Shown: in pieces, positions 1 to 10,488 of the stretch | How positions within the stretch are numbered: the first letter of the stretch is position 1 | Layout of the letters: the number at the start of each line of letters is the position of its first letter | Assembly (NCBI GenBank): GCA_043228905.1 | Contig: JBHGNT010000003.1 | Span: 17,546,001 to 17,610,000 of the forward strand | From: Azolla caroliniana | Taxonomy: Eukaryota; Plantae; Polypodiophyta | DNA: 64,000 nucleotides | Direction: 5' to 3' | Notes under the pieces: model-generated | The model's database searches: none | Seen by the model: only the letters and a program-made list of their open reading frames with translations | What the model was told of the DNA's origin: nothing | Translations under genes and position numbers: made by a program

Positions 1-559
1 TGATAGTGATAAGAAGACTTTCCTTATATAGCAGATGGAAATATTTTTTTATTTTTTTTATTTATTTTTTAAATACGAAAAAAATATAAATAATAGAAAT
101 AATTTGGAAAACAATTCTAAAAAAACCTAGGAAAAAATGTGGTATAGATATGGTGATTGCCATTTATACGATTTGTTCTCTAGCAACTCTATCGCTTTTA
201 ACTTCATTGATCATAAAAAAAAATTGATAATATGTCAACAACTTCTATTTAATTTTTCATGGATCCTTTTACATTATCTAATAACTCCTCCTTGTTCTCA
301 ATTAATGAATACAAATATGTACCTAGGCAGGATGGTCAACCTCAACTATTGACTTGTTATATTATGCCTAGCTCAAACTCAGTTTTATGGATCGAACCTA
401 CCAACTCATGTGCAAATATGGATCACGTTAATGCATCTAGTGATGAGGCTTGTGTAACTAAAACCTCTCATTTTTAAACGAGTTCCTTGTCAAGTTAGTG
501 TCAAGAGATTCAACTTTTTGACTTCGGATCTTCAAATTGCAATAGGCACAAACAAGTCA

Positions 560-2538
560 TGTTGTGGAAGTTTATGTCTCTCCAAATTTGGCAAGACAAA
601 ACCTAAGGATATTACGAGAAAAATATTTATCACTCAATGGTGAAGCGCAAGATACATTTTTTATTTCACATATCTAGATCACATTGTCGCGGCAAATTCA
701 ACACATGTTGAATATTACCTTACACTCTTTACTAAATATTGTCGAAATGCTTTCAAGATTGCTTATAGCATTGGTAATACGAGGCTATATTGTATTTAGC
801 AACATCTAGTAAAGGGATCATGGGTGCCATTTGAAAAGAATATATGTGGATCTAAGGGCCTGATTGGGTGCCATGCTATTAAGTGGATGGAGATATATTT
901 CTCAAAGCAATGCAATGTTATGCCTACAACTGGAAGATTACATTTGTCAGATAACTTTACTCAGCACAAGGTGTACCAAGCTTATGAGGATGAAATGTTG
1001 TTAGAAAATGTACATTACATACAATATCGACATTTTAATCGATTATGGAGGTTGCAATTTAATAATGTCGTTACACCTCGTAAGGTTTGGATGGGTGTTT
1101 CTTCAATTTGTGCAAGTCTAAAAAGCATGGCAAAGATTGGGAGAAATGATGAAGAAATAAAGAATTATAAGAATCTATTGAAAGAACATCATGAAAGGCA
1201 AGCCTTGGAATGGTCAAAAGCTATGCATTACTGACAAAAAGCGTTGCAATCACCATAAAAGTATATGTGCTTGCTTATAGATGGCATGGATCAGAAGAAG
1301 ACTTGTCTGCTGCACTTTCAAAGGTTGCCCAAGGACATTGGTGATGAGTGCCTTGTTCAAATGCATTTAGTGGGTTGCTTGTCGTACTATCAATCAATTA
1401 GGCCTCAAGTATGAGCATGCTCGTAGAGAAGGGCATATTAAGAAGATTAAGGTGAACTTCTTATTAGTTGGTCATGCCCATGATCACATAGATAAGATTT
1501 TTAGTAGGTTCTCAAAAAAATTAGCTAGATGTGATGCTTTTACTCTCCTGGCGCTATCAAAGTTGATCATAGAAGCTTATACTCCAAAGCCAGAAGTACA
1601 ACATTTGAACGAGGTGTACGATTTTCAAACGATTTTGCATGGAAGCCGATGGGACTAAAAGTAAGGTTCTTGCCCCACTTAATAATATAAGTTTCAACCA
1701 CGTCTTCCTCATTATAAAGAGTTCTACGAGTCAAAACACGACACTGTTGTATGCCAAACAATACTCATCTAGTTCACAATGGGAGCCACAACATGGTTGT
1801 AGGCTATTATTGCACTTTCTAGATGCAGAAATCCTTGGTGCAGAACAAATGTCGTATGAAGACCATAAAAATTGGCTTCAGGTACTTCGAGTATTGACCA
1901 AAAGATAAACTGGATATGATGCCTCGAAGAAAAACAGAATAATATTGAGTGCACCAAGAAATACACTATTGATCAGAGATGTTGAATGGTGGGGTACCTT
2001 TTTCAATCATCAGCATACGATTTTGGAAAACCACCTTGCTAGATATTGCTTGTGCCAACATCCGTTCACATGGAATATTGGTGTAAGATCCTCGGTGTCC
2101 ATGACTAATCAACAGTCATTAGAAAATATTGGAAGTTAATAATCTTGTTCACTCATGACAAAGAGATATTTACGTGGGACCAAGAATATCGCATTCTATA
2201 GAGGCAAGATGGCAAGGCAATTTGCAAGAGCTACAAGTTGGTATATTGGTTGCAACATTAGTTTGTGGTGATAAGTTAGGCCATCCCTTTTGGATTGCTA
2301 AAATTCTTGAAATAATGAAGGATGAAGAAGGCAAACACGTTAAGTCAAATTTGGTTCATTGGTATCACACCTCTTCCCCAAATGCATTTGCTAGAAAGTA
2401 CTCTCTAGAGATGGTTAAGGATGTCGAAGGAATAAGCAAAAAGTGAAAAAGAAAGAATCTACATAACACATCTACTCTTACATTGGATTCGGTAGACATC
2501 TTAATGTATGATTTTTCCTTCACCAAAATAGGACATCT
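560..2538 (+). pseudogene. Decayed DNA-transposon transposase gene, 5' part (RNase H-fold DDD type, Sola/DUF7869-like); interrupted by Copia at 2539
   Basis: Broken ORFs 824-1234, 1452-1658, 1639-1908 and 2174-2446. Motifs: C-x2-C-like (SSICASL), YMCLLIDGMDQKK (~1262-1300) and NFLLVGHAHDHIDKIFSRFS (~1455-1515). Many stops and frameshifts. Family assignment is from remembered motifs only; the left boundary is approximate and the element probably extends past the window start. Confidence 0.6.
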
Positions 2539-3316
2539 TGACTGGAACTCAACGCTCCTTATGCACTAGGCTCGGCCACAACCGAGATTCTTTTCATACA
2601 CAGAAAAACAAGAAACGAAAAACACGACACAAAGAGGAGAAAGATACACACACTACACAGGAGGTTTACGTGGAAAACCCCAAACTAGGGGAAAAACCAC
2701 GGCAGTCCACAGGCTGCAAACTGTCACTATGTAAGAATGTACAAACAATGAGTCCACGGAGGCAACGACCTCGTGCTCACGATCTTCGCCACAGGCGGCG
2801 GTTACAACAGAGGCAACGACCTCGTTCTCTCTCTCTCTCTCTCTCTCTCTGTACAGTTACGCGCTCTCTCTTCTTCTTGCACCAACAAGAAAAAATTAAC
2901 AGCGACCAACAGTTACTAAAAGTTTGCCCTAAGTCATATTTATACTAATATGACTTTTCGGCTATTTACAAATGTAGCCTCGATGGGCTCTCAGAAACAT
3001 ATTTACGAATATGTCTCTTCATCCAGTTCTCACCGGGTCTGTACCATCCGGCTCTCCGTAGCCGGGTACTCCTCATCCGGTTCATACCGGGCCTGCACCA
3101 TCCGGCTCTGCGTAGCCGGGTACTCCTCATCCGGTTCATACCGGGCCTGCACCATCCGGCTCTCCGTAGCCGAGTACTCCTCATCCGGTTCATACCGGGC
3201 CTGCACCATCCGGCTCTCCGTAGCCGGGTACTCCTCATACGGTTTCGGCCTCGGCCGAGTTTGTTCATCGGGACTGTTCTTCTTCCTTCCCATTCGGAGG
3301 GACCTGTCTCCCAACA
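2539..3316 (-). repeat. Copia-A 3' LTR (778 bp)
   Basis: Near-identical to 7406-8179; abuts the PPT; contains four 54-bp tandem repeats at 3022-3237. Confidence 0.95.
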
Positions 3317-3326
3317 AACTCCCCCT

Positions 3327-6300
3327 TCACTCCGGCATGGGGTGTCTTTCCAGTCCGATCCGCTTCCGGCATGCGTCCAGCTTGTCGAGTGTCAGCACTT
3401 TGGTCAGCATATCTGACCCGTTCTCGGCCGTGTGGATCTTCGTCAGTGCGAACTCCTGGTCATCTACTCTTTCCCGGATCCAGTTATACCTCCGCTGGAT
3501 ATGCTTCGTCCGGGAATGGTAGGCCGCATTCTTAGCAAGGTGGATGGCACTTTGACTGTCACAATAGAGTCGGTATTCCTCTTGCCGTTTACCGAGCTCT
3601 CCGATGAAGTCCTTCATCCATAAAATTTCCTTGCCGGCTTCCACAGCCGCCATGTACTCCGCCTCCGTGGTTGACAATGCAACCGTCTTCTGCAGCCTCG
3701 ACTGCCACGAAACAGCTCCCCCTGCATATGTCATTACATACCCGGATGTAGACCGGCTGGTATCCACATCAGCCGACATGTCTGAATCGGTGAAACCGTC
3801 CAGTTGAGGTTTTTCGGAGCCGAATCGGAGACACATATTTAAAGTGCCCTTCAAATACCGGAGTATCCATTTGACCGCGTTCCAGTGCTCCTTGCCGGGA
3901 TTACTCATGAACCGGCTCACCACTCCGACTGCGTATCCTATGTCCGGTCGAGTACAAACCATTGCGTACATCAAGCTCCCAACGACAGAGGCATATGGAA
4001 TCTTCATCATATCCGCCTTCTCTGCTTTCGTCTTCGGGCTTTGCTTGCCGGATAGCCTGCAGTTTGCCGGAAGTGTCGATCCAACTGGTTTCGCTTCTGA
4101 CATGTTGAACCGGTGAAGCACCTTTGTCACGTACTTCTCCTGTGACAGCCATAATTGCTTCGCTGACCGGTTCCGGATGATGTGCATCCCCAACATCTAT
4201 CTTGCCGGACCCAAGTCTTTCATTGAGAAGGTCCGGTTGAGAGCCTTCTTCAGCATCCGTATTTTGACTTGGTCTCGTCCGACGATCAACATATCATCCA
4301 CGTACAGGAGGAGTATCAGGAAGTCCCCTCCTTCGAACTTCTTCACAAACACGCAGTGATCGGCCTGCGTCTTGTGGTACCCTTGATCGGTCATGAAGGA
4401 GTCGAACTTCCGGTACCATTGCCGGGGGGGAGCCTGCTTCAGTCCGTACAGGCTCTTCTTCAACCGGCATACCAGGTGCTCCTTCCCTTTCTCCACAAAT
4501 CCTTCCGGTTGCTGCATGTAGATCTCCTCTTTGAGGTCGCCGTGAAGGAATGTCGTCTTCACGTCCAGCTGCTCTACCTCAAGGTCCATGCTTGCTGCTA
4601 TACTTAGCACCGTCCGGATAGAGGTCATCTTTACTACCGGGGCAAATATCTTGTCGAAGTCCACGCCCTTCTTCTACTGGAACCCCTTCACCACGATCCT
4701 GGCTTTGTATCTCAGGGGGTTGCCGGCATCTCCCAGTTTCAACTTGTACACCCACTTGTTTCAAAGTGCCCGCTTTCCTTTCGGCAACTCCACCAATTCG
4801 TATGTATGGTTCTCATGCAGGGAATCCATCTCTTCCTGCATGGCACTTAACCATTTTCGGCTGTGGGTGTCTTCCTTCGCTTCTTCGAAGCTTTCCGGCT
4901 CCCCCTCATCGGTCAGCAGAACATGTTCTGCATCTGGAAATCTCCGGGGGGCCCTTCTCTCTCTGAGAGGATATCTACGACTTCGGGCTTCGGTAACCGG
5001 CTCCTCCATTTGCTCTTCATCCGAATCCGATTCGGGGTCTAGGCCAGTTCCGGTTTCAACTTCCTCTACTTCTTCTTCTGCCGGTTCGGTATCCTCACCG
5101 TATCCGGCTGGTCCCTCGAGTGCTAACCGGTCTCTTGCCGGTTGGGTCTGCTCATCGTAGAGTCGATCCTTACCAGTCGACTCGGAGTTCATTATCTTCT
5201 TCTCCGACTCCTAGTCGGCGAGCGTCTTGTCCTCCATGAAGATAATATCTCGACTCCGGAATACCTTCTTGTCGATCGGGTCCCACACTCGGTAGCCGAA
5301 CTCATCGTCACCGTAACCGAGGAATATGCATGGCCGAGTCTTTGGATCTAACTTTCCTCTCCGGTCCTTTGCTACATGCACGTACGCGAGACACCCGAAC
5401 ACCTTTAGATGCCGGTAGGATACTTCCTTACCGGTCCACACTCTCTGTGGCGTGTCTCCGTCCAAGGGTACTGAGGGTGATCTATTTATCACGTATGTCA
5501 CCGTCGACAGTGCCTCAGCCCAAAACTTCTTGGGTAGTTTTGCATGCGCTAGCATACTCCGGACCCTCTCCATTATGGTCCGGTTCATCCTCTCGGCCAG
5601 TCCGTTTAGTTCTGACGTCTTCGGCACGGTAAATTCGAGCCGGATTCCCTTCGAGCGGCAGTACTCCTCGAACTGCCCCCGGTATTCTCCTCCATTGTCT
5701 GCTCGAACCGCCTTCAGCTTCCGGCCAGTTTCTCTTTCCACTCTCGCGTGGAGCTCTTTGAAGACGGATAACACCTGATCCTTCGTCTTCAGCGATGTGG
5801 CCCACAGCTTCCGGCTGTGGTCATCTATGAACGTCACGAAGTACTGCGCTCCGGCATGTGACTTTGTGTCTACTTGACACACATCCGTATGCACCAACTC
5901 CAGTGGTGCATTACGTCTCATCGGTGGCCTTGGTCGGAAGGAGGTCCGGTTCTGCTTACCGGCCAGACAATCAGTGCACTTCTCTAAATGCACGTTCTTC
6001 ACTGGAATGAGGTTGTTGTCTGCAAGCCTCTTCATCCCCTTCTCGCTCATATGACACAACCTCTTGTGCCACAGCTCACCGGCAGTGTCGGATGCCATGT
6101 TCACTTCCTCCGGACATAACCGGGCATTCATTAGGTACAACGTGTTGACCTTCCGGGCCCGAGCCACAATCAGGCTCCCTTTGTTGAACTTCATGACACT
6201 GTTCCGGATGCTACCCGTGTAGCCTTCATCATCTAGCCGACCGGCTGATATCAGGTTCAGATGAACTTCCGGAACGTGTCGAACATCCTTCAGCAACAAC

Positions 6301-7376
6301 TTGCATCCGGTTGGTGTTGACAGCCACACATCTCCTATGCCGATAATTCGGCATGTACCTTCATTCCCCATCCGGACACAGCCGTGGTCACCGGCTGAGT
6401 AGGATGAGAAGCATTTCCGGTCCAGGGTAAGGTGGAACGATGCTCCGGAGTCTACCACCCAGGTCATCTCGTCGCCGGCAAGATTTATCTCACACTCCTC
6501 GGTGATGAGCATCAACTCTTCTTCACTTGCCGCGATTGCCGTCGTTCCCTTCCGGTCCATCCCCTTCCGGTCTTTATCGTTCCGGTCCGGGGTCCACTTC
6601 GAATCAGTACCGTCGGTTTCCTTGTCTTTACGGAAATGCCGACAGTTCTTTTGGAAGTGCCCCGGCTTGCCACAATAGAAGCAAGTGGGCCTCCCCCTTG
6701 ACTTTGACTGTGTCCCCGACTTCTCCCGGTTCTGGGGACTACGGTTTCTATGTCTTCCGCGTTCCGATTCGGTAAGGAGCGCTTTGGAGTTGGAGCTCGT
6801 ATCTTTATCCTTCCGACGCGCCTCCTCATTTAGCAAGCTCGACTTTACTCTTGCTAGGGATAACCGCTTTCCTTCCGGCCTGGCGTTGCCCAAAGTGACA
6901 ACCAACGTCTCCCAGCTATCCGGGAGGGAACCGAGCAGGAGTAGCGCAAGTACCTCATCGGCGAGAGGTACTTCTAATGAAGTTGCCTGGTGTATCAGCC
7001 CCTAGAAGGCATTCATATGCTCCGCCATGCTGGAGCCATCTTGGTACCGGAGTCTTACTAGCTTCCGGAATACCGAAACCTGATTAACAACATTTTTGTT
7101 TTGAAACATTATGCCGATCTTCTCCCAGAGCTCATGAGCCTTGCTCTCTTCATTGAAGTTGTTGTATAGGCTCATGTCGATGAAGCACCATATGTACGCC
7201 GTTGTCTTCATGTGCATCACCTCCCATATCGCGGCGTCGATTTTGTCCGGTCTCTTGTCCCCGAACTGAACCGGCAGCCAGAGGTCTTTGACCACGAGCA
7301 TGTCCCTCATCTTCGACTTCCACACTGAGTAGTTGGAGCCGGTGAGCTTGAACATGCCGCCAAACGATTCGTCCAT
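3327..7376 (-). pseudogene. Copia-A gag-pol polyprotein, single frame with 5 premature stops
   Basis: Zinc knuckle CFYCGKPGHFQKNC, protease WVVDSGAS, GAG-pre-integrase WHKRLCH, integrase core, RT YVDD and RNase H. All ORF pieces share one frame, with stops at 7002, 5211, 4761, 4674 and 4197. Confidence 0.93.
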
Positions 7377-7405
7377 TTTCTGTGTCGTTTCGCTCTTATA
7401 CCAAT

Positions 7406-8179
7406 TGACGGGAACTCAACGCTCCTTATGCACTAGGCTCGGCCACAACCGAGATTCTTTTCATACACAGAAAAACAAGAAACGAAAAACACGACACAAA
7501 GAGGAGAAAGATACACACACTACACAGGAGGTTTACGTGGAAAACCCCAAACTAGGGGAAAAACCACGGCAGTCCACAGGCTGCAAACTGTCACTATGTA
7601 AGAATGTACAAACAGTGAGTCCACGGAGGCAACGACCTCGTGCTCACGATCTTCGCCACAAGCGGCGGTTACAACAGAGGCAACGACCTCGTTCTCTCTC
7701 TCTCTCTCTCTCTGTACAGTTACGCGCTCTCTCTTCTTCTTGCACCAACAAGAAAAAATTAACAGCGACCAACAGTTACTAAAAGTTTGCCCTAAGTCAT
7801 ATTTATACTAATATGACTTTTCGGCTATTTACAAATGTAGCCTCGATGGGCTCTCAGAAACATATTTACGAATATGTCTCTTCATCCAGTTCTCACCGGG
7901 TCTGTACCATCCGGCTCTCCGTAGCCGGGTACTCCTCATCCGGTTCATACCGAGCTTGCACCATCCGGCTCTGCGTAGCTGGGTACTCCTCATCCGGTTC
8001 ATACCGGGCCTGCACCATCCGGCTCTCCGTAGCCGGGTACTCCTCATCCGGTTCATACCGGGCCTGCACCATCCGGCTCTCCGTAGCCGGGTACTCCTCA
8101 TACGGTTTCGGCCTCGGCCGAGTTTGTTCATCGGCACTGTTCTTCTTCCTTCCCATCCGGAGGGACCTGTCTTCCAACA
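7406..8179 (-). repeat. Copia-A 5' LTR (774 bp)
   Basis: Adjacent to the PBS; four 54-bp tandem repeats at 7885-8100. Confidence 0.95.
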
Positions 8180-8184
8180 CATCT

Positions 8185-8696
8185 AAGATAGAGCACCATC
8201 AAGATAATAAAAGAGAAGATCCCAAATGTGGCTCCCGACACGACACAAATACAAACGAGGAGCATGTCTCATAATCATGGTGACGTTGGATTGCAATTGG
8301 ATCAAGACAATGCGTTGGTTGCTAGTGATGATGAGGATGAGACCTCAAATGGCTCCTCTAATGCATCAGATAGTTCTGAAAATGACGACATATCTTTGGG
8401 ACGTGATACTTCTGATAAATGAATTGTAAATATTGTATTTTGTATCAAAATGTCAATCCGCGAATATGTATAAATATAAGTGGTAGTCATTTAGTAATTT
8501 TTGTACACTCTTTTGTATGATTTTAGTGTCAATTATTGAGGCATTTTTCGAATGCCCTAAACTTTTGGACATGCTAAAATTCAACATATTCTTGGTCATT
8601 TTTGAAATTCCTTTACCCATGCAACACCTATATTTGTGAAACAACCTATTTTATGCCTTTTTTTTACGGACAGTTCTTAAAATGCGACATATTACC
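8185..8696 (+). mobile_element. 3' part of the same DNA transposon (acidic C-terminus ending at 8422 plus subterminal region)
   Basis: Sequence resumes after the Copia TSD. It is colinear with 19230-19732 of the second copy, which spans the empty insertion site. Similarity stops at ...gacatattacc (8696), just before the TIR present in the second copy. Confidence 0.75.
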
Positions 8697-8927
8697 AAGA
8701 CAATTGATGCATATTAGATCAAAGAGACCATGTGACGCTAATCAACCATGACTCCAAGGTGAAATCAAAGGTTGAAGGAGTTCTAACAAAAGGGTCGATT
8801 ACCTATAAACATAAATAATGGACAATATATTCAGGGTATGATGAGATCACCCCTATGTGACATGTTAAACATGCATGTGAAAAATCAACAAATAGAGATA
8901 AACCAAAACTTCTTTTGAGCAAGATTT

Positions 8928-9176
8928 TGTGAAGAATTGTGCGGAATATCGCTCAGCCACAACCGAGTATTGAATCACAGAAATGGAGATGAACGAGAGA
9001 GTGCACAGAAATGACACAGGATGTTTACGTGGAAAACCCTAATAGGGAAAAACCACGAGAGCCCACGGACTCCAACTATCACTATATGAGAGGAAATACA
9101 AAGTGGAGGCATAGAGGCAATGACCTCGTGCTCGCGAGCTTCGCCAGACGGCGGTTACAACAGAGAGTGCTCGTAG

Positions 9177-9218
<42 letters not shown>

Positions 9219-9473
9219 GCTCTCTGTACAACAATATGATAATAACACTTACAACAATACTTCAAAGTGATTCCCCTAAGTCATATTTATACTTATATGA
9301 ACTTAGGGCTATTTACAAATATAGCCTTAATAGGCTTACTCAAACATATTTACAGATATGTCTTCTCTTCCGGTTCTCATCAGGTCTCCTCCGGTTTCCG
9401 GATCTCTTCCGGTTCTCACCGAGTCCTCTTTATTCATCATTGGATCCCATATGGAGGGACCGATTTCCCAACA
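8928..9473 (-). mobile_element. Solo LTR of a family related to Copia-A
   Basis: TG...CA ends with TSD GATTT at 8923-8927 and 9474-9478. Shares blocks with the Copia-A LTR (gccacaaccgag, gtttacgtggaaaaccc, ggcggttacaacagag, cctaagtcatatttatact). Confidence 0.9.
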
Positions 9474-9762
9474 GATTTGACATCCCATGTGTTTATTCTC
9501 GATGAACCCTTCGTTATGGTGGCTTGCCAAGGGCTGAGGGTGCTTGATAATGGATCAACATTACCACATTTTAATTAACAAGGAGGAACACATTATAAGC
9601 TTGACCCTTAATTCAATTTTATTTTAATTGGCAACATGATCTCGTGGTTATCTGAATTTTTGGTATGTACAAGGTCTTATGTTCAAATATTTCAATTTTT
9701 TTAAAATCAAAATTGTTTTACCTAATGGTAAGGTAGGAAACCTAAACGTTAAGCCTTGATTA

Positions 9763-9832
9763 TGTATCTTATTCGAGTGGCAAGTTATTAGACTGCTAAT
9801 CGTAGGCTTTAGGTTCAAAGCCTATGCTGGGA
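9763..9832 (+). pseudogene. tRNA-Ser(GCT)-like remnant / possible SINE head
   Basis: A-box-like cgagtgg (9774-9780), anticodon-arm-like GA-CTGCTAA-TC (9791-9801) and T-arm TAGG-TTCAAAG-CCTA (9810-9824). No acceptor stem found. Confidence 0.4.
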
Positions 9833-10220
9833 TGTTAAGGTTGAATTCATACGCCTTTTTTGGTCTACGCTTTGGACAACCTCCAAATGCCACTATGGAA
9901 TGTAAGGGTTGAGCGCATGGATGACTCTTTTGGTCTCCGATGGACAACCTTACTACATTAGGTTTATTCATGTGGGTCCTACCTAATCGTTCTCTTCAAT
10001 CCGAATTCCTTTTCATATGCCATATGTCTCGTAATTTCTGGACGGATGAAGCTCTGAATTCTTCATCCTGAGCTGCATCCAATCAAAACCCCGTCCAGAT
10101 GGTACTGGTTCTGGTTCTGGTTCCAGATACACCCATGCCATGCCAGTGATGCCATTATTTGGTGCACTTTTCGAGAGTATGTATGCAGTGTCAGAGAAGC
10201 CGTATATGGAGCTTGTTGAG

Positions 10221-10266
10221 TATGTTATGTATGTATGTATGTATGTATGTATGTATGTATGTATGT
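10221..10266. repeat. (TATG)n microsatellite
   Basis: Direct reading. Confidence 0.9.
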
Positions 10267-10363
10267 GGGTGTTTGAGGATGGGCTATTTTTGGAGTTTAA
10301 GGAAACATGAGGACTAAATAACATGGAAACACATCTCCACTCTTTAACTTTATAACTACATAC

Positions 10364-10464
10364 AAACCCTAAAATTCTCCCTTCTCTTCCTTTTCCCTTC
10401 TCTCCTTCGGCAGCTCAGGAGTTTTAGGTTTCATATCTATCTATCTATATATTTTTTAGGGTTT
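10364..10464 (+). promoter_or_regulatory. RPL19 promoter/5'UTR: telo-boxes and pyrimidine tract
   Basis: AAACCCTAA at 10364-10372, inverted TAGGGTTT at 10457-10464 and a pyrimidine tract at ~10376-10408. These are typical of plant ribosomal-protein genes. Confidence 0.6.
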
Positions 10465-10488
10465 TGACACAGTAGGTCCGTCGTAGCT

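Larger units (their letters stand above)
2539..8179 (-). mobile_element. Full-length Ty1/Copia LTR retrotransposon (Copia-A)
   Basis: TG...CA LTRs at 2539-3316 and 7406-8179 with about 10 substitutions plus a CT-repeat indel. TSD CATCT at 2534-2538 and 8180-8184. PBS TGGTATAAGAGC (tRNA-iMet-like, one mismatch) at 7392-7403 minus. PPT at 3317-3330 minus. Domain order gag-PR-INT-RT-RH. Confidence 0.97.

Noticed and set aside
2538-3522. ORFs with 18-aa repeats (2538-2948, 2950-3522, 2966-3268, 3030-3317 and twins at 7333-8274)
   Set aside because: They arise from the 54-bp LTR tandem repeat being open in several frames; there is no evidence of real coding.
10013-10324. 103-aa minus-strand ORF head-to-head with RPL19
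   Set aside because: It runs through a (TATG)n microsatellite and has no recognisable domain or splice structure.
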